DNA of 47,607 nucleotides, from NCBI GenBank assembly GCA_021432655.1, contig MU271541.1:1-47607 (forward strand). Direction: 5' to 3'. Under the pieces are notes generated by a model. It made no database searches. It was given only the letters and a program-made list of their open reading frames with translations, and was not told the origin of the DNA. A program made the position numbers and the translations under genes. Of this stretch, positions 13,931 to 27,800 are shown one piece after another (the first letter of the stretch is position 1; each line of letters opens with the position of its first letter). Source of the DNA: Atractiella rhizophila (taxonomy: Eukaryota).

Positions 13931-14922
13931 TCACCTGACTTCACCGATGCTCTTCCTTCTCAACCAATCTAGTACTCTATCAGCAAATTCTTCCGGTTGG
14001 TCAATAAAGACAGCATGTCCCGAATCCAGTGTTACAACCTCCAGGTCCGGGAAATGTGGCTTGAAAACATCCGTAACCGCCTCAGGGCTCTTTCGATGCT
14101 TGTCATGTTGCCCATGAACGAGGAGTGTAGGGAGGACATGATCCAGATTCTGTATCGGTACCGGGTCTGTTGATCCAGCCAGATACACTGATCGTACCTG
14201 GATTTATGTGAGCAGTCTGAAATCCAAAGAAATATCGGCGAACTGCAGGAGGAATGGAATATGCCGCTCCCAGAGCCTCCATCTTCGCCTTCCATCCGAG
14301 CTTTCCACAGTTGATATGATCGCTGTCTCCGTTGAGAACCAAGGACTCGATGAATCCTAGATATCCCTTTTGTTGCTCCACTGGGTCAAGTGATAATGCT
14401 CCTCCTGCGGTAGCCAAGATCTCTGGAGAGACGACGTGCATCGCTTGCATCCATGGAATACCAGCTATCTGGACAACTCCTGCGAGCGGAAAGGGTGGAG
14501 AGGAGGCGTAAAAGTGTGTGGGTATTACTCCAGCAATAGACCTAAAATTCCTTTGACATTCACGAGTGTTCTCGAAAAATTAAGCGAGGAACTGACCACG
14601 GCGCAAGGAAAACCTGGCAGCCTTCAGAGACCCCCACGGCCTCGCAAACCTTCACCAGGTCGCCACTCAGCCTCTTCCCATCGTACATGGAAGGATCGAC
14701 AGGTTTCCCCGACCGTCCATGGCCGCGCAAATCATACCTTACGAGATGGAAACCGCTCTGGACCCAGCGAGGATCCGAAAAAAGGGGATCGAAGATAGAC
14801 GTCGAACACCACAAACCGGGGATGAAGATCACGGTAGGCACGGTGGGAGAAGGCGCAGGTCCAACGTGGGAGAAGAAGATGGAAGTCGAGTCGACGGAAG
14901 CAATGAAGCCAGAGGATTCCAT
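13931..14922 (-). CDS. Alpha/beta-fold hydrolase
   Basis: VIFIPGLWCS, RYDLRGHGRSGKP, a nucleophile-elbow region FLAPWS (split by an intron), PTLLVHGQHD and SGHAVFIDQPEEF (catalytic His region). Confidence 0.88.
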
Positions 14923-15497
14923 CGCGGGCAGGATAGGCTTTGTTTTTCGTCTGCACAGCAACGTCTTGGCCTGGCTATGTTGGGTGGGGAAGCAAGGAGT
15001 GTTAGTTTAAGTACCCATCCAATGGATATGTGTTAGATGGCTACGGCGAGAAGCAAGCAACTACACACACACGGCTCACACGCACACGGTTCCCACACGC
15101 CGAGGTACTAGACTCAATTCAAAGTAACTCTTTCTGCACCTTCACAGCGATACCATCATGATCCTTTAGAAGTTAAGCTGACCTCGGTCCTTGTCTGCTT
15201 CTTCCCTCTACTTCCTAGCATACCTACTTGACGTGACACCCCACCTTAGGCCTCGGTCTGATTCAGCTGAAAAGTGGTAATGCTCCTAGGCATCGCAAAT
15301 CTTTCGGTTAGGTGTGACACAGCGGAGGTAAATTGGATAAGTGCATATACATTAAGCGTACATATGTAACTCAAACAGCGAGACATCGCTCGCTCCACTT
15401 TTGGAATGTTCGAAGTGGTAATTAAACTTAAGGCTCAAAAGTACACAGCCATCGACATAGGAATCGTTCAATCATGATCATGCATTCCTTGCGCGTA

Positions 15498-17045
15498 TTA
15501 TGCCCATGAATAATTCTTGCTCGAAAGATATCCAGCATAAGCGGCGTTGAGGAGCTCGCGGTTGGAAACTCCTTTAAGGTCGAAGCTTGATGCATCGATT
15601 CCGCACTTCGCCTGGCAGGATTTCGTTCCTAAATTAACGGAATTGGGAATTTGGGAAGCTGTTGATCCTTCAGTGTCAAAGGGAAATCACGCATACATGG
15701 CGGGACGACATACGATCGACCATCGTCACTGTCTTGCCAAAAGCAGCGGAGAACGTTTGCTCCGTGAAAGCAGTGTACTCGGCTGAGACGAAGAGTGCTC
15801 CGGGATCTTCAGAGTTGAAAACAGCTACAATGACAGTTGGAGTGCATCCTACAAGAGGCATGTTAGCTCGGAAACCAAAAGAGAACAAGTCATGCCTGAG
15901 TTCTGGATGTAGTGTGTACTTCCTTCCGGTAGGATGATTGCGGTTCCAGGATTGGCTTGGCCAGTCACAGTCGGTCCGCCGCCCTCTGTAATCGCACTGT
16001 AGTCACAACATGTTACTTTTCGCTTCAACAGAATGGGAAACTCTTCTTACCCGAAGGTAAGCGGTGGTCTGCATTCACTCGGTCAGCAATGTCCTTTTTT
16101 CTCTGAAAAAGGAATAAACTTGCCCAGCTACGTTATAGAGAATCTCCGTCGCTCGCATGTGGCTATGTGGTGCGACCTAGTAAGGAATCGCTCTTGGTTA
16201 TTACTAATTTTTGTCGGCAGTAAATAGCTACTCACCATACCGCAAGGTCCCAAGAACCCAACCAACATGGCTTCGCGGTTTCCAATCACACCCGGATACA
16301 GCGAATTGTCGGCCTGGATATCACTTTGATTCAGCTTCAAAACGGTGTGGGAGGAAAAGGACTGACGAGGATGACACCACCGTCCTTTCCACCGCCCGCG
16401 AAGTTGGGCTGTGCAAGAAAATCAAGAGTCGCCCCATATCCGCTGTAAAGGTCACGTCAGTCTTGACGAGAGGGTGTGGTATGAAACCGAAGAGTGAGCG
16501 TACGAGGAGATCAAGATTGCATTCCTATCTCCAGCAGTGCGTGCAGCTTGGAGTTGGTTGAGGGTATCGGTCAACTGCTGGGGGCTTCATAGCAACACCA
16601 ACGCAAAGTTTAGTGAAAAGAAGGAGAAGGCGAAAAAAGGAACGCACTGTGCGATTGCTGTGACTTGAGCCTCGCTGTTTGAATTTGATACAGGCGTGGC
16701 GTGTTTGGCGACAGGGGACCAGATACAATTATTTCCACAATCGGCGTCTGTTTGGTTCCCTGCAGCACCTCCACTGGCAGAAGCTGAATTACTCTGCATG
16801 GCGGAAGAAGCAGAGTTGCTCTTTCCCGCGCTGTTCTGAGCCACAGCATTTCCTAAGAATCCGCCCAAGACGGCTTCTTTGGCACCAGAGTTGGACGCCG
16901 CGACAGAGGGAGAAGAGGAGGAGCCTTTGAGGTCTTCCATAGACATTTCAGGGACCCATCCAGACTTTGTGTCCCATACCATGCGAGCTGGACTCGCTTG
17001 GACGTTAGAGAGGGCGAGGAGAGAGAGACAGAGGTTGAAGAGCAT
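15498..17045 (-). CDS. Secreted germin-like/spherulin-type cupin, paralog 2
   Basis: Signal peptide MLFNLCLSLLALSNVQA and a Ser/Ala-rich linker. Motifs GFLGPCGM, APHSHMRATE and GCTPTVIVAVFNSEDPGALFVS; similar to 11433-12811. Confidence 0.85.
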
Positions 17046-18539
17046 GGTGACTTGTGGAAGTGGAAAGGAAGTGGGAGAGTGGCAAGGAAATGCGGAAAAG
17101 GGCGAGAAGAGGGGATAAAGAGGAAGGAGGATAGCTCGGCAGCTTTATGAGTTTGAGAAAGTTTAAAGGTCTAAGATCATCATCTGGGTCGGAATCTAAC
17201 AGATGACCGCTAGCCAAAGTCCTCCACCGCCAGTACGGAATCATGGACAGTACTTCGCCCCTGAATAAATCCAAGGCGTTTGTGCAACGGCTTAGGCTGA
17301 CAGCGGGAAGCTACGGCTGAGTCGACTGTGCAGGAAGGAAGTACCGTGTAGTCCACTGTCCTGTTGCCGCGGACAGAAACTAACCACCATGACCTAAAAA
17401 TAATGTCACGGTCAGTCGGAGAAGTTTGGATCCTGGACAAACCAAAACACGATTGGTCGCCGCCCTTTCACGACGAGAAACCGCTCGATGCAGCGAAGCG
17501 AAGAAGAAGAGCGTCATGGAACAGATCGGTTTGGACGCTGTTTTCCCTATCACGACAAAATAGTTCGACGAGACATGCTTGCCCAGCGAAGGCACGAACT
17601 TGGAAATACAATGTGACTGTCAACTATTGCTGGTACGATCGGCAGCTTTACCTCCTATTGCCGGCTAAAGGCAGGAGGATGCGCCACTGTCGGGAGAAAT
17701 CTTTCAACAAGTTTTGGCAATAAGACAAAGCCTTTGGACAGTTCGAACCGCAGAACGTCAGGCGATCGTTGATCGCAATTGCGCTCGATTCACTGATCGT
17801 GGCTTGATCAGGTTCAGATTGTGGGTTGGTACAGCCGTCATTATCAAGGGCGGAAGGCAAGGCTCTATGAAGACTGGAGTGGGTCCGCGAACCCCAAGCT
17901 AAAGAATAGGAAGGAAAACAAAGGACATCACGCCCACACAGGGAGGAAAATAACAAACATTACGCCACGTCAATCGCTCGAAGTCGTGTCGCCTCATACA
18001 AGTCCCGCTTCTCCGCAACGATGAGCTGTTCAGGCCGTTCAGGACGTCCATTCTAGCTCTATTGAGCATTCTAGTTGCTCTCGACCCATCCACTTCTCCC
18101 GTCTAACTGGGGTCCAATCTGGTCCAAACGCTTGTTATGACTGAAAGGGCTGTGACAACTCGATCAATGAATTGACGCAAAAATAGGGCCAATGGGCAGA
18201 GGGGGAGCAAAGTGGGTGAAGTCCCCAATCGGTTCTCACCCCTTATCCCACTTGCTGCAACACAACAGCTCGCTTGAGAGTATCATACAACGAAAGAGGA
18301 GAGGTTCATCATTTCGACAATGTGTGTGCCCAGCAGCTCTGAGACGTCGAACCGTCGACAGACGGCTTTGGCTTTCATGCCTTTTTCCTGTACATTGTCC
18401 CCTTACACACCGATGAGCTGGACACACTAGATTGATACAGCTCACGTGACGAGATGGCCTTTTCGGTTCCGGTTCAAACGCCTGTGAGCGCGACTTGCCA
18501 AAGACGACGCACTGCTGACGAGGATAGAATCACGTCTCG

Positions 18540-19954
18540 ATGGCATCTTTAGTGATTAGCGGTGTGAGCGAGTACAATATCAGCCTGTGTGCCAAATGTT
18601 TTCTCCAGCGTGCGTTCGCTGATGCTTCGCTGGGTAAAGTCATCCATTGCCCATCCTCAACATATCGGAGCACTTGACTCGTACACGGCTGCAGTCTAAT
18701 ACAGCTCGTCCTCAAAGTATGTCGCTCCTGTGTGATGGGATGTGAAGTTGAAGATTCTGATGCGTCCGTTTTACGTAGTTTTGGGAGCTTTGCTTGGGAC
18801 ACAGACGGGTCGCGATGTGGAGATAATGAACACTTTTGAGATTTCCTTCCTGAAAAATGAGGCTGGCAAGGCAGAGATCGATCATGGGTTTCTTGACACG
18901 AGGTCGAAACAATGTACGTTCTTTCTCCTTGCAACACGGGATGAACGTTGATATGTTCCGTCTGTGTTCGAAGTCAAACAAGTGTTTCCAAGTTTTATCC
19001 TCCTAGGATGGTATTCAGTTGGCTCAGAGCCTACAGCGGAAGACCAGGATGTGATGCGCCAGGTGTGCATCTCCAGCTCCTCCTATCTTCACGAACCGTT
19101 GACTGAATGTTCGAAGTTGGTAGAATATAACGAGTCCCCTCTCTTCTTCCAACTCTCTCCTCTCCAATTTTCAGGCAAAGACCTTCCTCTCACAATCTAC
19201 GAGCCGGTCGTGGAGATTCGAAACAAAGAGCCTCAACAATTCTTCATCCGAGTAGACTACAAGATCGTTTCCGGAGAAGCTGAACGCATAGCCGTGGATC
19301 ACACAGCGAAACCGGCCCAAAGTGCAACGTCGGAAAGTGCTCGTGCGTCTTCACCCCGCAGTGTGTCTCTTGTGATGCTGACAATGCTACTGTGTGATCT
19401 CCGGGGGCTGGGATGGAACAGTGGTGCAGAATCTAATGACACAGCGGAACGCTATAAAGATGCTTTATGACCGAGTGCAAGTGATCACTCAGTACCTAGA
19501 TGCTCTCACAGCAGGTTGGTTCTCCACCCTTCTGCCTCGTACCATTTCAACGCTTTCCATGCTGCTTCGTTCTTTTCCTCTGTCACACTTGCCGAGCTAT
19601 GCAGCCCATTCGATTCGATTTAACGCGTTGTTTTCTACAGGCAAAGCGCCAGTCGATCCCGAGACACTTCGTCAAATCTCCTCCCTCGTCTCCTCCCTCC
19701 CAGCAACCGACTCCCCCCTCTTCCGCGAAGAGTTTGACACCGAACACGAGGATGTCCTTCTCACATCTTACTTGGCAATGTTGACCAAGACCTTGAATGC
19801 GACGAACGAGCTGTTGGACAAGAACCTGTTCACGCAGCAGAGCGGAAAGGAGGGAGGAGGACCTGGTGGACACGGAGGGCACGGAGGAGGCGAGGGAAGA
19901 CCAGAGAGATGGGGAAGGAGGGGCAAGGGTGGGAGGGCTGACATGTTTTTGTGA
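18540..19954 (+). CDS. CSN6: COP9 signalosome subunit 6 (MPN domain)
   Basis: HPLPILNISEHLTR, VLGALLGTQTGRDVEIMNTFE, KQVFPSFILLGWYSVG, SGEAERIAVDH, QRNAIKMLYDRV and DVLLTSYLAMLTK. Multi-exon. Confidence 0.92.
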
Positions 19955-20695
19955 TGTTGATTGTGATGGTGCGTCCTGTCTTTTGGAGGAGAAATGCACT
20001 CTGTAGCTAGCTTTTTGTAAGCAAAATGTAAGAATTAGCTCTTTGTTGACATAGAACTTTATGTCCCTCTGCGGCCGTCTACTTTGCTACGTCTGTAGAT
20101 TTGATTACATCGTCAGAATTGTTGCCTATAGTGGCTGAAGTATTTGGTTCTCTGATGATAGCTTCCGACGCATATTATTAGGTGACCTGAAGTACATCAA
20201 GAATCAAAGAGAACTGTCAGATGGGATAGCTGTATGGTGGTTCGACGTCCCTATCTAGCATAGATTATGCGGACGGAGACTGGGGACAACTTAACACATC
20301 TAGAGATGTTTCTTCCCTCCTTCCATCTGGACTCCTGAGCGAAGCGGCCGCACTTCCCTAGCCGTCAAGCACCAAGTCATTGATGGTGGCTTATCATATG
20401 GCTTGGCTGATGGTAATCCCCGCCATCTGGGGCAACTTCAATGGAGCTGATATGCGGATGCGTGACAAATTGTCCGATGCCCCTTCTTGATGCTCAAAAC
20501 AGCTTCTTCCCCTCTGACCGCAGCGTCGCCACGGGTACGAACCAATAGAAACGATGCTTTTGACGGTGCATTGGACAACTTCCAAGAATTCAAGCCCGCC
20601 TTCGGAGGATCAACAATGTTCCTGCGACAGACCATAAAAGAAAGTCTATGGCGGAGGCGCCGATGCTGCGTGCCCTGTCACAACATCGCTTGAGA

Positions 20696-23633
20696 ATGTC
20701 GACGGACGAGAAAGCTGAACATTTTGCGGAAACGGATGGTTTGCATTCAGAAGATGGTGAAGTTTCCGCTAGAAAACACTCCACGTTATCAGGAAAGCAA
20801 GCTTTAGTGGATGATGAGGACATCGACTTTGCTCAACTTGCTGAGCAGCACGGATTTTCAGGGGATGATGGTCGTTTGGTAGTGGATCCAGAGGAAGCAA
20901 AGGCTAGTTCCCTTTGCTCCATTTGCCCTATCTAGCTTAAGGACTGGGCAGGTCGAATATGGAGAAGGTGTGGCATCGAGACTCAAATTGAGTGAAGACG
21001 GACGGTTCATTCTTTGGCCGCAACCAACGAGGTATCCAGACGATCCCCAAAACGTTCGTCTTCTCAAGCATGTTCAAACTGTTGCTAATCGACGGAAAGT
21101 GGACCGCAGGGCAAAAGAATCTACAACTCCTCAGTACGCTTTGGCCATGTGTTTACGAGTTGTTCGATTAATTATCGCTGCAGTCGTCACATTGGCGGCT
21201 TTCGTTCCCGATTTCAACTCGTCCTTAGGTCCGTCCCTATTACCCTACTGTGCCTGGCGCTTCCTTTTGGTGTTTACCATGAATTGTAGGTATCGCGTCT
21301 CTTTTCGGACTTGCAGAACAGTACCACAAGTCTGTGGACCATGTGAGTGCCTTTCTTCCCGGCAAACAGGAAACTGATGGTTCACACGCCTCTAGGTGAA
21401 TCAAGTGAGTTTTTTTAAGTTGCCAAAATCTATCTTACTTTCATCTGCTTGCATCTGCCTGTGTATCAAGGTTAGCAGCAATTGGTAAGCCTACATTGGA
21501 GTATCTGTCCATTTTAAAGGCTCAAGTTGTAACAGGTCAATTTTTCAACTTGGAACGTCCGGCTTGATCGTCATTCTGCTTGTTAAACGCTTTGGGAGAC
21601 TGCCTATTCTATTCTGGAGTCAGCTTATCGGTCTAGGGTAATTTCAGACCGTAACAAATCTTTGTCTGACACCATTTTCTAGATTTACGATTGGCTGCAC
21701 AGTTGCTCCCAACTTTTCAACCTTTGCTGCTTGCAGGATATTACAAGCAACGTTTCAGAATGCACCACAGGTACGTAGCTTGGCAGCGATGAACCAGATG
21801 CTAACTTTTCTTGAATAGGTCACAGGTCTCTATACGTCAGTTCAGATTTATTTGAGTATTTCTTGCCTCAGCTTATCGTATCTCAGAATTTGTGACATGT
21901 ATCCTTTCCATCAGCAAGCCCGGAAGATCAATATGTGGAACTGTACGTGATCGCACCTGTCAAATGGCAGGAGCAAAACTCAAGGTGCTGGGAAGCACAG
22001 TTGGCTTCATAGTTTCGCCCTTCATAGGTCCTTCCGTTCTTGGCTTCATGGCTCCTCGAACTGGCTGGAGATGGATTTGTATGCACTGTTATGCCATCTT
22101 TACTCCAGCTCACTTCGATCCAGATGGCGTAGGATGCATCTTCGATGGCCTAGTGCTGATTATTATAACATTGTTCGCGAAAGAAACGTGAGCCCCAGCC
22201 TTCGCCAAGTAGCCATGCTCAATCATTCAGGATGTTCGATCGGCATGTCCATCCTATTCCTCGTCCAACGTCCACCGGTTTGAGGAGAAGAGTTGAAGAT
22301 CTATTAGGCGTTACAGGCAGGAATATGGCGCAGTATCGACCTTCGTGGAAAAGGGTCATTTATGATTTATTCAATGTAGCATGGCGCCCTCAATCTGTTC
22401 TGCCTGGGATCTATATCTTCGGGGGTATGTATAACGCTTTCCATCACTGAAGAAATTGATAAAGTTTATTAGTTTTTGGCTTCAGTTGGTCTCGCCTTGT
22501 TATAACGCGGCCCGATCTGATGTTGTTTAATAGGTATTGGAGTCAACGTCACCCAAGTGATTTTCATCCTCTCTCCTCCTCGTCCGTCCTTTCCCCTCCA
22601 TGGCACGCTCGTCTTGCGGATTGACCATTTGTACAGCTCTGGGTTATGGACTGAACGCGGATCAACTTGCCGGTACCTACTTTTCGCCTGTCATTGCAGT
22701 CGTTATTGGTGAGGCGCTCGGTCATTTTCTGAACGACTTCATTGCAAACTACCAAATCAAACGAAATCACGGCGTGTTTGAGGCTGAAATGAGGTAAGTT
22801 GTTCGTTGTGTGTTGCTGGTAAATGCCAATGTTGCCCAGGTTGTGGACGTTGTATATCGCACTTCCTTTCTTTATCGCTGGGTTCATCATCATCGGAGGT
22901 TCGCACTTTCGCTCCTACAAGGGAGATGTCTGACGCTTGCTTGCTAAGAATGCTTCGAGCACAAGCTTAATGTCGGTGGACTTGTTATCGGATGGATCGC
23001 AAGTCGCGCTCATCGAACCTCCGTTACCATCACTTACTTATCATTATAATCAGCTTGGGGAAAGCGCGGTCCTTGTGTCTACAGTCTGCATTTATGCCTA
23101 TCTCAACAATGCTTTTCCAGACTACAATGGCGGTGGGTCGTATCTCTTCCTTTTAACTCGCTCACATGATCATCATGGTGCAGAGGTCAGTGCACTAATC
23201 AATTTTTGGAGGGTTATGGGTGGATTTGCGAGTTAGTCGTGGATCCACTTTTCCCCATGATGGATATTCTAACTGCTCTTTAGTTCCGTACTATCAAACT
23301 GACTGGGTTGCGAGAAACGGTGCTTGTTTTGAATATTTAGAGAAAAGGGAACTGAAGTAACCAACCAGGAGCCGTTGTTGTGTATGGAAGCGAGGCCGCA
23401 ATCACCGCTGGCCTGTTTCTGTTGATGTGGGTCACACTCTCCGGCTTCAGTCGTGAATAGCTTTGCTGATGGATGCTGTTAGTGTTCCCCTACTTCAAAT
23501 CAAAGGCCGAGCAATCCGACATCGGTTCAGCATTAGGAAAACCCCTGTAACTGTCCAGCGGCCTGGTGAACCAAAGGCTGGAACAAAACAGGATGCAGGT
23601 TCAAGCGCTGCCGATCATGTTGATGAGAAGTGA
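20696..23633 (+). CDS. MFS transporter (DHA1/HOL1-like), multi-exon, paralog B
   Basis: Exon-by-exon paralog of 7775-10585 (shared LSGK.ALVDDEDI.FA.LAE.HGFSGDDGRLVVDPEEAK, etc.). Last exon 23483-23633. Confidence 0.9.
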
Positions 23634-23741
23634 AGGAAGAGCTGTGTAGTGATTTTATGTCCTCCAATCCTTTTGCTCCTTTGTTTGCTGTTTTCAGAAT
23701 GTGTGCTCATCAATTTTTTACTGGGCTGTGTAATGCAGAGA
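23409..23741 (+). repeat. Direct repeat copy 1 (MFS-B 3' end and 3' UTR)
   Basis: Aligns with 43032-43382. Confidence 0.9.
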
Positions 23742-24131
23742 ATGCTTGCCCCAACAGGAGTCAATCAAACAATCATGCTCCTACAGAGTTATCCTGCAAC
23801 AGGAAGCAATAAACTTCCTCTGTTAAAGAATAGGTTTCAGAACAAGCCCTTAGCAAGGCAAGAAACAATGTAATGAGCATGGACAACAATGTTGACAATG
23901 ACAAAGAAGAAGAGTTTTATATGAATGCTTTGGAGCAATTAGAGGATAACAAATATAGTGCCTCAGTGAACATTGTTCATATCCTGGAGCTGACAATCAG
24001 CCAGAGCAATACAGTACAAACCTGGTCACAGCAACAACAATTACCTTCGAAGTCAGAGCCAGTGCATCGTAAACAGATGATTATCAACAGTATAGAGTGG
24101 ATATAGAAAAATAGTCCCTTTCGAAGTTTGG

Positions 24132-24378
24132 TCTTAGGGCTGATACTCTGTAAGGCTATCAACTAGGGAGGCTGCCAAGTAGAGTGGATATCCTAGGAGA
24201 ACTAATCTGGATATCCCACTCCATTGGCAGAAGTATGTATATACAAACAGCCACAAGTTCCAGAATGTTCCAGCATATTCTACTGTTAACTCTATTTGCT
24301 ACCTGCCTGATAGAACCTTCTAGGCCATTTGCCATATATTTCAGAATGTGAGTCATGCTCCATAAGTGAACCCTGACA
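24132..24378 (+). repeat. Probable LTR (family C)
   Basis: Termini TCTTAGGG...CCCTGACA. The first ~70 nt match 32436-32506, which begins TGTTAGGG. Confidence 0.5.
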
Positions 24379-24383
24379 TTCAG

Positions 24384-24560
24384 TGTGCGCTGGACCTGGT
24401 CCACAGCAGATGATGGTCAAATCACTGTCTATAATGCAATGAACTCCCTACCTGGTCCACAGCGGATGGTGGTCAAATGGCTGTGGAACCAGAACATGAC
24501 CCTAACCCTAAGTGTAGAATGGAAGGGGATCAAGTGAATGAGAGAGCTCATGCTCACACA
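24384..24560 (-). repeat. Copia 3' LTR (177 bp, with a 56-bp internal duplication/insertion)
   Basis: Matches 30740-30860 apart from the extra 56 nt; adjacent to the PPT. Confidence 0.95.
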
Positions 24561-24801
24561 CCCCCCCTCACTTGGTCCCCAAAGAAACCAGCACCAGAAA
24601 ACTCCAGAAGTAAAGTAGAACGATAGTGAAGTATCAATGAGAAGCAGATACCATATAATGAAAGTAAACGAAAGACTAATTCAACTGGATAGCAAAGAAG
24701 TATCAATACGGGAATTCAATGAGCTAGAATGGTAATGAAAGTCAACAAATCTGACAGCACAAAAGAACGTGAATATCTATGTATGATGTATATCAATCCG
24801 T

Positions 24802-27800
24802 TCAGGAATCCAGCAATCCTAAGTGAGAGCATAATTTCCAGTGCTGTAAGTGCAATATCCCCTTCGTCATCACATCCACTACCATCTCCTGTATCGGTAT
24901 CCACATCAGTATCACCTCACCGTTGTTTATCCTTTCACAGGTAAAATGATAATGAACATCGACATGTTTCGTCCTGTTGTGGTTAGAGGGATGTTTGGCC
25001 AGCATGAGCGCCCCTTGATTGTCGCCTTTGATTGTCGTCGACGCATTCTGAGGAAGTCTTAACTCAGTCAGCAACACTCGTAACCAAATTGCCTCCCCAC
25101 TGCCGATGATAGCACTATGTATTCTGCTTCTGTAGATGAGATCGCCACGGTCAGTTGCATCTTGGATATCCATGAAATCGCAGGCCTCCCTAATCTGAAA
25201 ACAACCCCTGAAATCGATCTTCTGGAGTCAATATCAGACGCATGGTCAAAGTCGGAAAACCTTCTATAGAAGTGGATCCTGTGCTGTCCCAAATCAGTCT
25301 AAAGTGTAAGGTCGCAGCAAGATATCTGAAAATCCTCTGCACACAGGCCCAATGTCGACGACCACGGTTGGAGTTGAATCGAGCCACCCGGTTTACTGCA
25401 AATAGTATGTCCTGCCTGGTATTAACTGTGGCATCAGTGCTCTAACTGCCTCCCTGTACGGTTTCTCCTGCATGTACTTACGCTCTTCGTTGGAGTTGGG
25501 TATTTTCTCGTTGATATCGCAGTGAGTCTTGACGTGATTGCAGTCAGTCATGCGAAACCGCTCAAGACATTTCCTGATATAGCTTTCCTGATCCAAAGTC
25601 ACTATGCTGTTAGTCTCGTCCCAAGCTATCTTCATCCCCAAAAAGTTACCAACGGAGGACGTGGTGATCTTGAATTGTGATGGAAGCAAATCAAATAACC
25701 TGTCAATCAATGTCCGGGACGATGCTGCTACCAATCTGTCATCCACATGAAGGCATATGATCGTTACCTCCTGCCCCTCCTTCTTGATGTACAACCCAAG
25801 ATCCGCGTTGGTCCTGATGTAGCCTTGTCGCATAAGAAAGGTGTGAAGTGTGTCATTCCAGCCTTTTCCTGCCTGTTGCAGTCTGTAAAGCGTCTTCCAT
25901 AATCTGAATACCTTCGATGGCGAATTGGGGTCCACAAATCCTTGCGGTTGCTGTAAGTATACTTCCTCTTTCAGATCCCCATGAAGAAACACATTGCTAA
26001 CATCAAATTGTGCCAACACCCATTGTTGTGATGCAGCAAGGGAAAGGATGGTGCGAACAGAGGACATACGAACAGTAGGAGCATACGGCTCCTTGAAATC
26101 TTGCCCCGGCACCTGTCTGTCACCTCTAGCAACAAGCCTCGCTTTATACTTAACGATATTTCCATCTAAGTCCCTCTTTATCAGCAAAACTCACTTACAT
26201 CCAATTGCACACTTTCCATGCGGTCAGTCAACCAACTCGTCTTTCCAGTCCCCATGGCACAAAGAGCCGCCATTTCCGCTTGGATCGCAATCCACCATTC
26301 ATCCACGTGTGGCCCTCCTAACGCTTGTTTAAACGTAGGTTCATCTAGATTCCCATTCCATCCTACCCCTGTCACAAATACTTCCCATCTACTTACACCA
26401 ATCCTATTATCTGTGAGAGCTGACTGGTTTGAAGCCCTTAGAGCTGCATTCATTTCCTTCACAGCAATTGATGGATTGAAAGTCTCGTAATCCCGGCTGG
26501 AAATGTGCGTTGAGGTGGAAAGCCGAAATGCGCTCAGAATGAGAGAGGGGTTTTACTGTATGTGCTTGAGGATGTTTCAGATCGGACCTATCCCTGTGAG
26601 CGCTGTCAGGTTGTGGGAGCCTACTGTCAAAGCCCGATAATCGACCCTAGGAATATTCCATCTGGTGTGTAAAGGCAGTGGGTAAGGATTAGGAGAATGA
26701 TTCGGAACCCTCTTTCGGGGAGTACGAGTCCGTGGGAGGGGTTCCTGCCCTTCATTACCAGCAGAAAGCTTCTCCTGCTCCCTGTTATCGTCGCACCTAT
26801 CCAGCTGCCCTGCAGGTAAGATGTGCATCCTTGTCGGAGAAGGCGATCTAGTGGGTGGTTCAGGGTTAAGTTGCACGTTCGTCATCGTCATGGGAGGCGG
26901 TATTATCACATCAGCATCTGGTACTCGAACAGGCATATTGTCAGCAAGATAGTCAAAATCTGAAGGCATGAACTCATTCAGTGACCAACTGGTCAATTTT
27001 ACCGTTTCCTGCTCCCCCCATGTCTCTGTAGAACTGATCTTCGAACCACTGCACCCTCCTTAGATTCCACAAAACGTCTCTGTCCCAGAATCCAGAACAA
27101 CCATCCCTTCTTTCCTTCCAGGTATCCAACAAAGTAACCCAGGATTCTCTGGGGATATGTATAACTACAAGGCATCCAAAAGTGTGGAGGTGTGATACAT
27201 CTGGTACTTTTCCAGTCCAGAATGATTCTGGACAATTCCACAATCCATGCGAGAATGTCAGAAGATGATTAAGAGTATAGACCGCGAACTGCACTGCTTT
27301 CTCCCAAAAAGATAAAGGTAAACCTGATTCAAACAAAATTGTTCATACAACATCAAACAAAGTATACCACCGTCTTTCAATAAATCCCATCTGATTATGA
27401 ATATAAGGAATTGAGGTCTCATGAGATAGACCATTTTGACAAATGAAAGATTTGAATTGTACAGATTGAAATTCTCCACCATTGTTGCTTCGGACAACCT
27501 TCACCTTGATATCATAGCGTCGCTCAGTCTCCAAAATCCAGTTCTTCAGAACCATCGTAGCCTCAGATTTGGTTCGAAGGGGAATCCACCATAGTCTGGC
27601 TATGGACTCCTCAATGGTCCCGAGACTGTATCACACACCGGAATGCATTGACGTGACCGGGGCAGGTCCCACAAATCATAGTCTATCCGTTCACTTTTCG
27701 CGAACGAAGTCGACTTGGTGACTACCCGACTCGGACGTGCTTTCGATTTTCTAGCCACGCATGATGTGCATGGCTTCAACTTAGTCGAATCACAATCAAA

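Noticed and set aside
24500..24511. Telomere-like CCCTAACCCTAA in the Copia LTR
   Set aside because: Only two units, and imperfect in the other LTR; likely chance.
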